Made by a program: the position numbers and the translations under genes. This document shows positions 1 to 15,000 of a stretch of 64,000 bases of DNA, one piece after another (position 1 is the stretch's first letter; every line of letters begins with the position of its first letter). The DNA comes from Eledone cirrhosa (taxonomy: Eukaryota). Under the pieces are notes generated by a model. It saw nothing but the letters and a program-made list of their open reading frames with translations, was not told where the DNA came from and ran no database searches. Location of the stretch: NCBI GenBank assembly GCA_964016885.1, contig OZ024743.1, positions 62,620,001 to 62,684,000 on the forward strand, written 5' to 3'.

Positions 1-3000
1 CTTCGTAGATTAGATGGATGGCTGGAAAAATTGGAATCAGCTCTAGCGATACATTTTAGCAGAGAAGAATGGGAAAGTGTCTTATCTCTTCAATATTTTC
101 AGATTGAATGAATTAGGTTAAAGACAGGGTAGTAGCCTTAAAGAAGTGCATAGAGAGGGGGGTAGGAACTGAGGGTCGCATGGTAAATAACTGAGAGAGA
201 TACAATAGGATTAGAATACCGCATGGTAAATATCCAAGTTAATAAGTTAATACTACATCAGTAAAATTAATAATAACGTCATGAAAAACTACTAAGAGAA
301 ACCCTCGAAAATTTATTGCTAATACAGCAGGGAAAATTTAACGCTAATACAGCAGGGAACATCATAATATTAACGACAATATGTAGGCTAAAATACCTTC
401 GTAGATTAGATGGATGGCTGGAAAAATTGGAATCAGCTCTAGTGATACATTTTAGCAGAGAAGAATGGGAAAGTGTCTTATCTCTTCAATATTTTCAGAT
501 TGAATGAATTAGGTTAAAGACGGGGTAGTAGCCTTAAAGAAGTGCATAGAGAGGGGGGGTAGGAACTGAGGGTCGCATGGTAAATAACTGAGAGAGATAC
601 AATAGGATTAGAATACCGCATGGTAATATCCAAGTTAATACTACATCAGTAAAATTAACAATAATAACGTCATGAAAAACTACTAAGAGAAACCCTCGAA
701 AATTTATTGCTAATACAGCAGGGAAAATTTAACGCTAATACAGCAGGGAAAATCATAATATTAACGACAATATGTAGGCTAAAATACCTTCGTAGATTAG
801 ATGGATGGCTGGAAAAATTGGAATCAGCTCTAGTGATACACTTTAGCAGAGAAGAATGGGAAAGTGTCTTATCTCTTCAATATTTTCAGATTGAATGAAT
901 TAGGTTAAAGACAGGGTAGTAGCCTTAAAGAAGTGCATAGAGAGGGGGGGTAGGAACTGAGGGTCGCATGGTAAATAACTGAGAGAGATACAATAGGATT
1001 AGAATACCGCATGGTAAATATCCAAGTTAATAAGTTAATACTACATCAGTAAAATTAACAATAATAACGTCATGAAAAACTACTAAGAGAAACCCTCGAA
1101 AATTTATCGCTAATACAGCAGGGAAAATTTAACGCTAATACAGCAGGGAACATCATAATATTAACGACAATATGTAGGCTAAAATACCTTCGTAGATTAG
1201 ATGGATGGCTGGAAAAATTGGAATCAGCTCTAGTGATACATTTTAGCAGAGAAGAATGGGAAAGTGTCTTATCTCTTCAATATTTTCAGATTGAATGAAT
1301 TAGGTTAAAGACAGGGGAGTAGCCTTAAAGAAGTGCATAGAGAGGGTGGGGGTAGGAACTGAGGGTCGCATGGTAAATAACTGAGAGAGATACAATAGGA
1401 TTAGAATACCGCATGGTAAATATCCAAGTTAATACTACATCAGTAAAATTAACAATAATAACGTCATGAAAAACTACTAAGAGAAACCCTCGAAAATTTA
1501 TTGCTAATACAGCAGGGAAAATTTAACGCTAATACAGCAGGGAACATCATAATATTAACGACAATATGTAGGCTAAAATACCTTCGTAGATTAGATGGAT
1601 GGCTGGAAAAATTGGAATCAGCTCTAGTGATACATTTTAGCAGAGAAGAATGGGAAAGTGTCTTATCTCTTCAATATTTTCAGATTGAATGAATTAGGTT
1701 AAAGACAGGGTAGTAGCCTTAAAGAAGTGCATAGAGAGGGGGGGGTAGGAACTGAGGGTCGCATGGTAAATAACTGAGAGAGATACAATAGGATTAGAAT
1801 ACCGCATGGTAAATATCCAAGTTAATAAGTTAATACTACATCAGTAAAATTAATAATAACGTCATGAAAAACTACTAAGAGAAACCCTCGAAAATTTATT
1901 GCTAATACAGCAGGGAAAATTTAACGCTAATACAGCAGGGAACATCATAATATTAACGACAATATGTAGGCTAAAATACCTTCGTAGATTAGATGGATGG
2001 CTGGAAAAATTGGAATCAGCTCTAGTGATACATTTTAGCAGAGAAGAATGGGAAAGTGTCTTATCTCTTCAATATTTTCAGATTGAATGAATTAGGTTAA
2101 AGACGGGGTAGTAGCCTTAAAGAAGTGCATAGAGAGGGGGGGTAGGAACTGAGGGTCGCATGGTAAATAACTGAGAGAGATACAATAGGATTAGAATACC
2201 GCATGGTAATATCCAAGTTAATACTACATCAGTAAAATTAACAATAATAACGTCATGAAAAACTACTAAGAGAAACCCTCGAAAATTTATTGCTAATACA
2301 GCAGGGAAAATTTAACGCTAATACAGCAGGGAACATCATAATATTAACGACAATATGTAAGCTAAAATACCTTCGTAGATTAGATGGATGGCTGGAAAAA
2401 TTGGAATCAGCTCTAGTGATACATTTTAGCAGAGAAGAATGGGAAAGTGTCTTATCTCTTCAATATTTTCAGATTGAATGAATTAGGTTAAAGACAGGGT
2501 AGTAGCCTTAAAGAAGTGCATAGAGAGGGGGGTAGGAACTGAGGGTCGCATGGTAAATAACTGAGAGAGATACAATAGGATTAGAATACCGCATGGTAAA
2601 TATCCAAGTTAATAAGTTAATACTACATCAGTAAAATTAACAATAATAACGTCATGAAAAACTACTAAGAGAAACCCTCGAAAATTTATCGCTAATACAG
2701 CAGGGAAAATTTAACGCTAATACAGCAGGGAACATCATAATATTAACGACAATATGTAGGCTAAAATACCTTCGTAGATTAGATGGATGGCTGGAAAAAT
2801 TGGAATCAGCTCTAGTGATACATTTTAGCAGAGAAGAATGGGAAAGTGTCTTATCTCTTCAATATTTTCAGATTGAATGAATTAGGTTAAAGACAGGGGT
2901 AGTAGCCTTAAAGAAGTGCATAGAGAGGGGGGTAGGAACTGAGGGTCGCATGGTAAATAACTGAGAGAGATACAATAGGATTAGAATACCGCATGGTAAT

Positions 3001-6000
3001 ATCCAAGTTAATACTACATCAGTAAAATTAACAATAATAACGTCATGAAAAACTACTAAGAGAAACTCTCGAAAATTTATTGCTAATACAGCAGGGAAAA
3101 TTTAACGCTAATACAGCAGGGAACATCATAATATTAACGACAATATGTAAGCTAAAATACCTTCGTAGATTAGATGGATGGCTGGAAAAATTGGAATCAG
3201 CTCTAGTGATACATTTTAGCAGAGAAGAATGGGAAAGTGTCTTATCTCTTCAATATTTTCAGATTGAATGAATTAGGTTAAAGACAGGGTAGTAGCCTTA
3301 AAGAAGTGCATAGAGAGGGGGGGTAGGAACTGAGGGTCGCATGGTAAATAACTGAGAGAGATACAATAGGATTAGAATACCGCATGGTAAATATCCAAGT
3401 TAATAAGTTAATACTACATCAGTAAAATTAACAATAATAACGTCATGAAAAACTACTAAGAGAAACCCTCGAAAATTTATCGCTAATACAGCAGGGAAAA
3501 TTTAACGCTAATACAGCAGGGAACATCATAATATTAACGACAATATGTAGGCTAAAATACCTTCGTAGATTAGATGGATGGCTGGAAAAATTGGAATCAG
3601 CTCTAGTGATACATTTTAGCAGAGAAGAATGGGAAAGTGTCTTATCTCTTCAATATTTTCAGATTGAATGAATTAGGTTAAAGACAGGGGAGTAGCCTTA
3701 AAGAAGTGCATAGAGAGGGTGGGGGTAGGAACTGAGGGTCGCATGGTAAATAACTGAGAGAGATACAATAGGATTAGAATACCGCATGGTAAATATCCAA
3801 GTTAATACTACATCAGTAAAATTAACAATAATAACGTCATGAAAAACTACTAAGAGAAACCCTCGAAAATTTATTGCTAATACAGCAGGGAAAATTTAAC
3901 GCTAATACAGCAGGGAACATCATAATATTAACGACAATATGTAGGCTAAAATACCTTCGTAGATTAGATGGATGGCTGGAAAAATTGGAATCAGCTCTAG
4001 TGATACATTTTAGCAGAGAAGAATGGGAAAGTGTCTTATCTCTTCAATATTTTCAGATTGAATGAATTAGGTTAAAGACAGGGTAGTAGCCTTAAAGAAG
4101 TGCATAGAGAGGGGGGGGTAGGAACTGAGGGTCGCATGGTAAATAACTGAGAGAGATACAATAGGATTAGAATACCGCATGGTAAATATCCAAGTTAATA
4201 AGTTAATACTACATCAGTAAAATTAATAATAACGTCATGAAAAACTACTAAGAGAAACCCTCGAAAATTTATTGCTAATACAGCAGGGAAAATTTAACGC
4301 TAATACAGCAGGGAACATCATAATATTAACGACAATATGTAGGCTAAAATACCTTCGTAGATTAGATGGATGGCTGGAAAAATTGGAATCAGCTCTAGTG
4401 ATACATTTTAGCAGAGAAGAATGGGAAAGTGTCTTATCTCTTCAATATTTTCAGATTGAATGAATTAGGTTAAAGACGGGGTAGTAGCCTTAAAGAAGTG
4501 CATAGAGAGGGGGGGTAGGAACTGAGGGTCGCATGGTAAATAACTGAGAGAGATACAATAGGATTAGAATACCGCATGGTAATATCCAAGTTAATACTAC
4601 ATCAGTAAAATTAACAATAATAACGTCATGAAAAACTACTAAGAGAAACCCTCGAAAATTTATTGCTAATACAGCAGGGAAAATTTAACGCTAATACAGC
4701 AGGGAACATCATAATATTAACGACAATATGTAGGCTAAAATACCTTCGTAGATTAGATGGATGGCTGGAAAAATTGGAATCAGCTCTAGTGATACATTTT
4801 AGCAGAGAAGAATGGGAAAGTGTCTTATCTCTTCAATATTTTCAGATTGAATGAATTAGGTTAAAGACAGGGTAGTAGCCTTAAATAAGTGCATAGAGAG
4901 AGGGGGTAGGAACTGAGGGTCGCATGGTAAATAACTGAGAGAGATACAATAGGATTAGAATACCGCATGGTAAATATCCAAGTTAATACTACATCAGTAA
5001 AATTAACAATAATAACGTCATGAAAAACTACTAAGAGAAACCCTCGAAAATGTATTGCTAATACAGCAGGGAAAATTTAACGCTAATACAGCAGGGAAAA
5101 TCATAATATTAACGACAATATGTAGGCTAAAATACCTTCGTAGATTAGATGGAGGGCTGGAAAAATTGGAATCAGCTCTAGTGATACATTTTAGCAGAGA
5201 AGAATGGGAAAGTGTCTTATCTCTTCAATATTTTCAGATTGAATGAATTAGGTTAAAGACGGGGTAGTAGCCTTAAAGAAGTGCATAGAGAGGGGGGGTA
5301 GGAACTGAGGGTCGCATGGTAAATAACTGAGAGAGATACAATAGGATTAGAATACCGCATGGTAATATCCAAGTTAATACTACATCAGTAAAATTAACAA
5401 TAATAACGTCATGAAAAACTACTAAGAGAAACCCTCGAAAATTTATTGCTAATACAGCAGGGAAAATTTAACGCTAATACAGCAGGGAACATCATAATAT
5501 TAACGACAATATGTAAGCTAAAATACCTTCGTAGATTAGATGGATGGCTGGAAAAATTGGAATCAGCTCTAGTGATACATTTTAGCAGAGAAGAATGGGA
5601 AAGTGTCTTATCTCTTCAATATTTTCAGATTGAATGAATTAGGTTAAAGACAGGGTAGTAGCCTTAAAGAAGTGCATAGAGAGGGGGGGTAGGAACTGAG
5701 GGTCGCATGGTAAATAACTGAGAGAGATACAATAGGATTAGAATACCGCATGGTAAATATCCAAGTTAATAAGTTAATACTACATCAGTAAAATTAACAA
5801 TAATAACGTCATGAAAAACTACTAAGAGAAACCCTCGAAAATTTATCGCTAAATCAGCAGGGAAAATTTAACGCTAATACAGCAGGGAACATCATAATAT
5901 TAACGACAATATGTAGGCTAAAATACCTTCGTAGATTAGATGGATGGCTGGAAAAATTGGAATCAGCTCTAGTGATACATTTTAGCAGAGAAGAATGGGA

Positions 6001-9000
6001 AAGTGTCTTATCTCTTCAATATTTTCAGATTGAATGAATTAGGTTAAAGACAGGGGAGTAGCCTTAAAGAAGTGCATAGAGAGGGTGGGGGTAGGAACTG
6101 AGGGTCGCATGGTAAATAACTGAGAGAGATACAATAGGATTAGAATACCGCATGGTAAATATCCAAGTTAATACTACATCAGTAAAATTAACAATAATAA
6201 CGTCATGAAAAACTACTAAGAGAAACCCTCGAAAATTTATTGCTAATACAGCAGGGAAAATTTAACGCTAATACAGCAGGGAACATCATAATATTAACGA
6301 CAATATGTAGGCTAAAATACCTTCGTAGATTAGATGGATGGCTGGAAAAATTGGAATCAGCTCTAGCGATACATTTTAGCAGAGAAGAATGGGAAAGTGT
6401 CTTATCTCTTCAATATTTTCAGATTGAATGAATTAGGTTAAAGACAGGGTAGTAGCCTTAAAGAAGTGCATAGAGAGGGGGGTAGGAACTGAGGGTCGCA
6501 TGGTAAATAACTGAGAGAGATACAATAGGATTAGAATACCGCATGGTAAATATCCAAGTTAATAAGTTAATACTACATCAGTAAAATTAATAATAACGTC
6601 ATGAAAAACTACTAAGAGAAACCCTCGAAAATTTATTGCTAATACAGCAGGGAAAATTTAACGCTAATACAGCAGGGAACATCATAATATTAACGACAAT
6701 ATGTAGGCTAAAATACCTTCGTAGATTAGATGGATGGCTGGAAAAATTGGAATCAGCTCTAGTGATACATTTTAGCAGAGAAGAATGGGAAAGTGTCTTA
6801 TCTCTTCAATATTTTCAGATTGAATGAATTAGGTTAAAGACGGGGTAGTAGCCTTAAAGAAGTGCATAGAGAGGGGGGGTAGGAACTGAGGGTCGCATGG
6901 TAAATAACTGAGAGAGATACAATAGGATTAGAATACCGCATGGTAATATCCAAGTTAATACTACATCAGTAAAATTAACAATAATAACGTCATGAAAAAC
7001 TACTAAGAGAAACCCTCGAAAATTTATTGCTAATACAGCAGGGAAAATTTAACGCTAATACAGCAGGGAAAATCATAATATTAACGACAATATGTAGGCT
7101 AAAATACCTTCGTAGATTAGATGGATGGCTGGAAAAATTGGAATCAGCTCTAGTGATACACTTTAGCAGAGAAGAATGGGAAAGTGTCTTATCTCTTCAA
7201 TATTTTCAGATTGAATGAATTAGGTTAAAGACAGGGTAGTAGCCTTAAAGAAGTGCATAGAGAGGGGGGGTAGGAACTGAGGGTCGCATGGTAAATAACT
7301 GAGAGAGATACAATAGGATTAGAATACCGCATGGTAAATATCCAAGTTAATAAGTTAATACTACATCAGTAAAATTAACAATAATAACGTCATGAAAAAC
7401 TACTAAGAGAAACCCTCGAAAATTTATCGCTAATACAGCAGGGAAAATTTAACGCTAATACAGCAGGGAACATCATAATATTAACGACAATATGTAGGCT
7501 AAAATACCTTCGTAGATTAGATGGATGGCTGGAAAAATTGGAATCAGCTCTAGTGATACATTTTAGCAGAGAAGAATGGGAAAGTGTCTTATCTCTTCAA
7601 TATTTTCAGATTGAATGAATTAGGTTAAAGACAGGGGAGTAGCCTTAAAGAAGTGCATAGAGAGGGTGGGGGTAGGAACTGAGGGTCGCATGGTAAATAA
7701 CTGAGAGAGATACAATAGGATTAGAATACCGCATGGTAAATATCCAAGTTAATACTACATCAGTAAAATTAACAATAATAACGTCATGAAAAACTACTAA
7801 GAGAAACCCTCGAAAATTTATTGCTAATACAGCAGGGAAAATTTAACGCTAATACAGCAGGGAACATCATAATATTAACGACAATATGTAGGCTAAAATA
7901 CCTTCGTAGATTAGATGGATGGCTGGAAAAATTGGAATCAGCTCTAGTGATACATTTTAGCAGAGAAGAATGGGAAAGTGTCTTATCTCTTCAATATTTT
8001 CAGATTGAATGAATTAGGTTAAAGACAGGGTAGTAGCCTTAAAGAAGTGCATAGAGAGGGGGGGTAGGAACTGAGGGTCGCATGGTAAATAACTGAGAGA
8101 GATACAATAGGATTAGAATACCGCATGGTAAATATCCAAGTTAATAAGTTAATACTACATCAGTAAAATTAATAATAACGTCATGAAAAACTACTAAGAG
8201 AAACCCTCGAAAATTTATTGCTAATACAGCAGGGAAAATTTAACGCTAATACAGCAGGGAACATCATAATATTAACGACAATATGTAGGCTAAAATACCT
8301 TCGTAGATTAGATGGATGGCTGGAAAAATTGGAATCAGCTCTAGTGATACATTTTAGCAGAGAAGAATGGGAAAGTGTCTTATCTCTTCAATATTTTCAG
8401 ATTGAATGAATTAGGTTAAAGACGGGGTAGTAGCCTTAAAGAAGTGCATAGAGAGGGGGGGTAGGAACTGAGGGTCGCATGGTAAATAACTGAGAGAGAT
8501 ACAATAGGATTAGAATACCGCATGGTAATATCCAAGTTAATACTACATCAGTAAAATTAACAATAATAACGTCATGAAAAACTACTAAGAGAAACCCTCG
8601 AAAATTTATTGCTAATACAGCAGGGAAAATTTAACGCTAATACAGCAGGGAAAATCATAATATTAACGACAATATGTAGGCTAAAATACCTTCGTAGATT
8701 AGATGGATGGCTGGAAAAATTGGAATCAGCTCTAGTGATACACTTTAGCAGAGAAGAATGGGAAAGTGTCTTATCTCTTCAATATTTTCAGATTGAATGA
8801 ATTAGGTTAAAGACGGGGTAGTAGCCTTAAAGAAGTGCATAGAGAGGGGGGGTAGGAACTGAGGGTCGCATGGTAAATAACTGAGAGAGATACAATAGGA
8901 TTAGAATACCGCATGGTAAATATCCAAGTTAATAAGTTAATACTACATCAGTAAAATTAACAATAATAACGTCATGAAAAACTACTAAGAGAAACCCTCG

Positions 9001-12000
9001 AAAATTTATTGCTAATACAGCAGGGAAAATTTAACGCTAATACAGCAGGGAACATCATAATATTAACGACAATATGTAGGCTAAAATACCTTCGTAGATT
9101 AGATGGATGGCTGGAAAAATTGGAATCAGCTCTAGTGATACATTTTAGCAGAGAAGAATGGGAAAGTGTCTTATCTCTTCAATATTTTCAGATTGAATGA
9201 ATTAGGTTAAAGACAGGGTAGTAGCCTTAAAGAAGTGCATAGAGAGGGGGGGTAGGAACTGAGGGTCGCATGGTAAATAACTGAGAGAGATACAATAGGA
9301 TTAGAATACCGCATGGTAAATATCCAAGTTAATACTACATCAGTAAAATTAACAATAATAACGTCATGAAAAACTACTAAGAGAAACCCTCGAAAATTTA
9401 TTGCTAATACAGCAGGGAAAATTTAACGCTAATACAGCAGGGAACATCATAATATTAACGACAATATGTAGGCTAAAATACCTTCGTAGATTAGATGGAT
9501 GGCTGGAAAAATTGGAATCAGCTCTAGTGATACATTTTAGCAGAGAAGAATGGGAAAGTGTCTTATCTCTTCAATATTTTCAGATTGAATGAATTAGGTT
9601 AAAGACAGGGTAGTAGCCTTAAAGAAGTGCATAGAGAGGGGGGTAGGAACTGAGGGTCGCATGGTAAATAACTGAGAGAGATACAATAGGATTAGAATAC
9701 CGCATGGTAAATATCCAAGTAAATAAGTTAATACTACATCAGTAAAATTAACAATAATAACGTCATGAAAAACTACTAAGAGAAACCCTCGAAAATTTAT
9801 CGCTAAATCAGCAGGGAAAATTTAACGCTAATACAGCAGGGAACATCATAATATTAACGACAATATGTAGGCTAAAATACCTTCGTAGATTAGATGGATG
9901 GCTGGAAAAATTGGAATCAGCTCTAGTGATACATTTTAGCAGAGAAGAATGGGAAAGTGTCTTATCTCTTCAATATTTTCAGATTGAATGAATTAGGTTA
10001 AAGACAGGGGAGTAGCCTTAAAGAAGTGCATAGAGAGGGTGGGGGTAGGAACTGAGGGTCGCATGGTAAATAACTGAGAGAGATACAATAGGATTAGAAT
10101 ACCGCATGGTAAATATCCAAGTTAATACTACATCAGTAAAATTAACAATAATAACGTCATGAAAAACTACTAAGAGAAACCCTCGAAAATTTATTGCTAA
10201 TACAGCAGGGAAAATTTAACGCTAATACAGCAGGGAACATCATAATATTAACGACAATATGTAGGCTAAAATACCTTCGTAGATTAGATGGATGGCTGGA
10301 AAAATTGGAATCAGCTCTAGCGATACATTTTAGCAGAGAAGAATGGGAAAGTGTCTTATCTCTTCAATATTTTCAGATTGAATGAATTAGGTTAAAGACA
10401 GGGTAGTAGCCTTAAAGAAGTGCATAGAGAGGGGGGTAGGAACTGAGGGTCGCATGGTAAATAACTGAGAGAGATACAATAGGATTAGAATACCGCATGG
10501 TAAATATCCAAGTTAATAAGTTAATACTACATCAGTAAAATTAATAATAACGTCATGAAAAACTACTAAGAGAAACCCTCGAAAATTTATTGCTAATACA
10601 GCAGGGAAAATTTAACGCTAATACAGCAGGGAACATCATAATATTAACGACAATATGTAGGCTAAAATACCTTCGTAGATTAGATGGATGGCTGGAAAAA
10701 TTGGAATCAGCTCTAGTGATACATTTTAGCAGAGAAGAATGGGAAAGTGTCTTATCTCTTCAATATTTTCAGATTGAATGAATTAGGTTAAAGACGGGGT
10801 AGTAGCCTTAAAGAAGTGCATAGAGAGGGGGGGGGTAGGAACTGAGGGTCGCATGGTAAATAACTGAGAGAGATACAATAGGATTAGAATACCGCATGGT
10901 AATATCCAAGTTAATACTACATCAGTAAAATTAACAATAATAACGTCATGAAAAACTACTAAGAGAAACCCTCGAAAATTTATTGCTAATACAGCAGGGA
11001 AAATTTAACGCTAATACAGCAGGGAAAATCATAATATTAACGACAATATGTAGGCTAAAATACCTTCGTAGATTAGATGGATGGCTGGAAAAATTGGAAT
11101 CAGCTCTAGTGATACACTTTAGCAGAGAAGAATGGGAAAGTGTCTTATCTCTTCAATATTTTCAGATTGAATGAATTAGGTTAAAGACAGGGTAGTAGCC
11201 TTAAAGAAGTGCATAGAGAGGGGGGGGTAGGAACTGAGGGTCGCATGGTAAATAACTGAGAGAGATACAATAGGATTAGAATACCGCATGGTAAATATCC
11301 AAGTTAATAAGTTAATACTACATCAGTAAAATTAACAATAATAACGTCATGAAAAACTACTAAGAGAAACCCTCGAAAATTTATTGCTAATACAGCAGGG
11401 AAAATTTAACGCTAATACAGCAGGGAACATCATAATATTAACGACAATATGTAAGCTAAAATACCTTCGTAGATTAGATGGATGGCTGGAAAAATTGGAA
11501 TCAGCTCTAGTGATACATTTTAGCAGAGAAGAATGGGAAAGTGTCTTATCTCTTCAATATTTTCAGATTGAATGAATTAGGTTAAAGACAGGGTAGTAGC
11601 CTTAAAGAAGTGCATAGAGAGGGGGGGGTAGGAACTGAGGGTCGCATGGTAAATTACTGAGAGAGATACAATAGGATTAGAATACCGCATGGTAAATATC
11701 CAAGTTAATAAGTTAATACTACATCAGTAAAATTAACAATAATAACGTCATGAAAAACTACTAATAGAAACCCTCGAAAATTTATTGCTAATACAGCAGG
11801 GAAAATTTAACGCTAATACAGCAGGGAACATCATAATATTAACGACAATATGTAGGCTAAAATACCTTCGTAGATTAGATGGATGGCTGGAAAAATTGGA
11901 ATCAGCTCTAGTGATACATTTTAGCAGAGAAGAATGGGAAAGTGTCTTATCTCTTCAATATTTTCAGATTGAATGAATTAGGTTAAAGACAGGGGAGTAG

Positions 12001-15000
12001 CCTTAAAGAAGTGCATAGAGAGGGTGGGGGTAGGAACTGAGGGTCGCATGGTAAATAACTGAGAGAGATACAATAGGATTAGAATACCGCATGGTAAATA
12101 TCCAAGTTAATACTACATCAGTAAAATTAACAATAATAACGTCATGAAAAACTACTAAGAGAAACCCTCGAAAATTTATTGCTAATACAGCAGGGAAAAT
12201 TTAACGCTAATACAGCAGGGAACATCATAATATTAACGACAATATGTAGGCTAAAATACCTTCGTAGATTAGATGGATGGCTGGAAAAATTGGAATCAGC
12301 TCTAGTGATACACTTTAGCAGAGAAGAATGGGAAAGTGTCTTATCTCTTCAATATTTTCAGATTGAATGAATTAGGTTAAAGACAGGGTAGTAGCCTTAA
12401 AGAAGTGCATAGAGAGGGGGGGGTAGGAACTGAGGGTCGCATGGTAAATAACTGAGAGAGATACAATAGGATTAGAATACCGCATGGTAAATATCCAAGT
12501 TAATAAGTTAATACTACATCAGTAAAATTAACAATAATAACGTCATGAAAAACTACTAAGAGAAACCCTCGAAAATTTATTGCTAATACAGCAGGGAAAA
12601 TTTAACGCTAATACAGCAGGGAAAATCATAATATTAACGACAATATGTAGGCTAAAATACCTTCGTAGATTAGATGGATGGCTGGAAAAATTGGAATCAG
12701 CTCTAGTGATACACTTTAGCAGAGAAGAATGGGAAAGTGTCTTATCTCTTCAATATTTTCAGATTGAATGAATTAGGTTAAAGACAGGGTAGTAGCCTTA
12801 AAGAAGTGCATAGAGAGGGGGGGTAGGAACTGAGGGTCGCATGGTAAATAACTGAGAGAGATACAATAGGATTAGAATACCGCATGGTAAATATCCAAGT
12901 TAATAAGTTAATACTACATCAGTAAAATTAACAATAATAACGTCATGAAAAACTACTAAGAGAAACCCTCGAAAATTTATTGCTAATACAGCAGGGAAAA
13001 TTTAACGCTAATACAGCAGGGAAAATCATAATATTAACGACAATATGTAGGCTAAAATACCTTCGTAGATTAGATGGATGGCTGGAAAAATTGGAATCAG
13101 CTCTAGTGATACACTTTAGCAGAGAAGAATGGGAAAGTGTCTTATCTCTTCAATATTTTCAGATTGAATGAATTAGGTTAAAGACAGGGTAGTAGCCTTA
13201 AAGAAGTGCATAGAGAGGGGGGGGTAGGAACTGAGGGTCGCATGGTAAATAACTGAGAGAGATACAATAGGATTAGAATACCGCATGGTAAATATCCAAG
13301 TTAATAAGTTAATACTACATCAGTAAAATTAACAATAATAACGTCATGAAAAACTACTAAGAGAAACCCTCGAAAATTTATTGCTAATACAGCAGGGAAA
13401 ATTTAACGCTAATACAGCAGGGAACATCATAATATTAACGACAATATGTAAGCTAAAATACCTTCGTAGATTAGATGGATGGCTGGAAAAATTGGAATCA
13501 GCTCTAGTGATACATTTTAGCAGAGAAGAATGGGAAAGTGTCTTATCTCTTCAATATTTTCAGATTGAATGAATTAGGTTAAAGACAGGGTAGTAGCCTT
13601 AAAGAAGTGCATAGAGAGGGGGGGGTAGGAACTGAGGGTCGCATGGTAAATTACTGAGAGAGATACAATAGGATTAGAATACCGCATGGTAAATATCCAA
13701 GTTAATAAGTTAATACTACATCAGTAAAATTAACAATAATAACGTCATGAAAAACTACTAATAGAAACCCTCGAAAATTTATTGCTAATACAGCAGGGAA
13801 AATTTAACGCTAATACAGCAGGGAACATCATAATATTAACGACAATATGTAGGCTAAAATACCTTCGTAGATTAGATGGATGGCTGGAAAAATTGGAATC
13901 AGCTCTAGTGATACATTTTAGCAGAGAAGAATGGGAAAGTGTCTTATCTCTTCAATATTTTCAGATTGAATGAATTAGGTTAAAGACAGGGGAGTAGCCT
14001 TAAAGAAGTGCATAGAGAGGGTGGGGGTAGGAACTGAGGGTCGCATGGTAAATAACTGAGAGAGATACAATAGGATTAGAATACCGCATGGTAAATATCC
14101 AAGTTAATACTACATCAGTAAAATTAACAATAATAACGTCATGAAAAACTACTAAGAGAAACCCTCGAAAATTTATTGCTAATACAGCAGGGAAAATTTA
14201 ACGCTAATACAGCAGGGAACATCATAATATTAACGACAATATGTAGGCTAAAATACCTTCGTAGATTAGATGGATGGCTGGAAAAATTGGAATCAGCTCT
14301 AGTGATACATTTTAGCAGAGAAGAATGGGAAAGTGTCTTATCTCTTCAATATTTTCAGATTGAATGAATTAGGTTAAAGACAGGGTAGTAGCCTTAAAGA
14401 AGTGCATAGAGAGGGGGGTAGGAACTGAGGGTCGCATGGTAAATAACTGAGAGAGATACAATAGGATTAGAATACCGCATGGTAAATATCCAAGTTAATA
14501 AGTTAATACTACATCAGTAAAATTAACAATAATAACGTCATGAAAAACTACTAAGAGAAACCCTCGAAAATTTATTGCTAATACAGCAGGGAAAATTTAA
14601 CGCTAATACAGCAGGGAACATCATAATATTAACGACAATATGTAGGCTAAAATACCTTCGTAGATTAGATGGATGGCTGGAAAAATTGGAATCAGCTCTA
14701 GTGATACATTTTAGCAGAGAAGAATGGGAAAGTGTCTTATCTCTTCAATATTTTCAGATTGAATGAATTAGGTTAAAGACAGGGTAGTAGCCTTAAAGAA
14801 GTGCATAGAGAGGGGGGTAGGAACTGAGGGTCGCATGGTAAATAACTGAGAGAGATACAATAGGATTAGAATACCGCATGGTAAATATCCAAGTTAATAA
14901 GTTAATACTACATCAGTAAAATTAACAATAATAACGTCATGAAAAACTACTAAGAGAAACCCTCGAAAATTTATTGCTAATACAGCAGGGAAAATTTAAC

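Noticed and set aside
150-360. Hammerhead or HDV-like ribozyme in the satellite monomer (ctgaggg..accctcgaaa; gggtcgcatgg; ccctgctgt..gataa)
   Set aside because: I could not assemble a complete core with all stems on either strand by eye.
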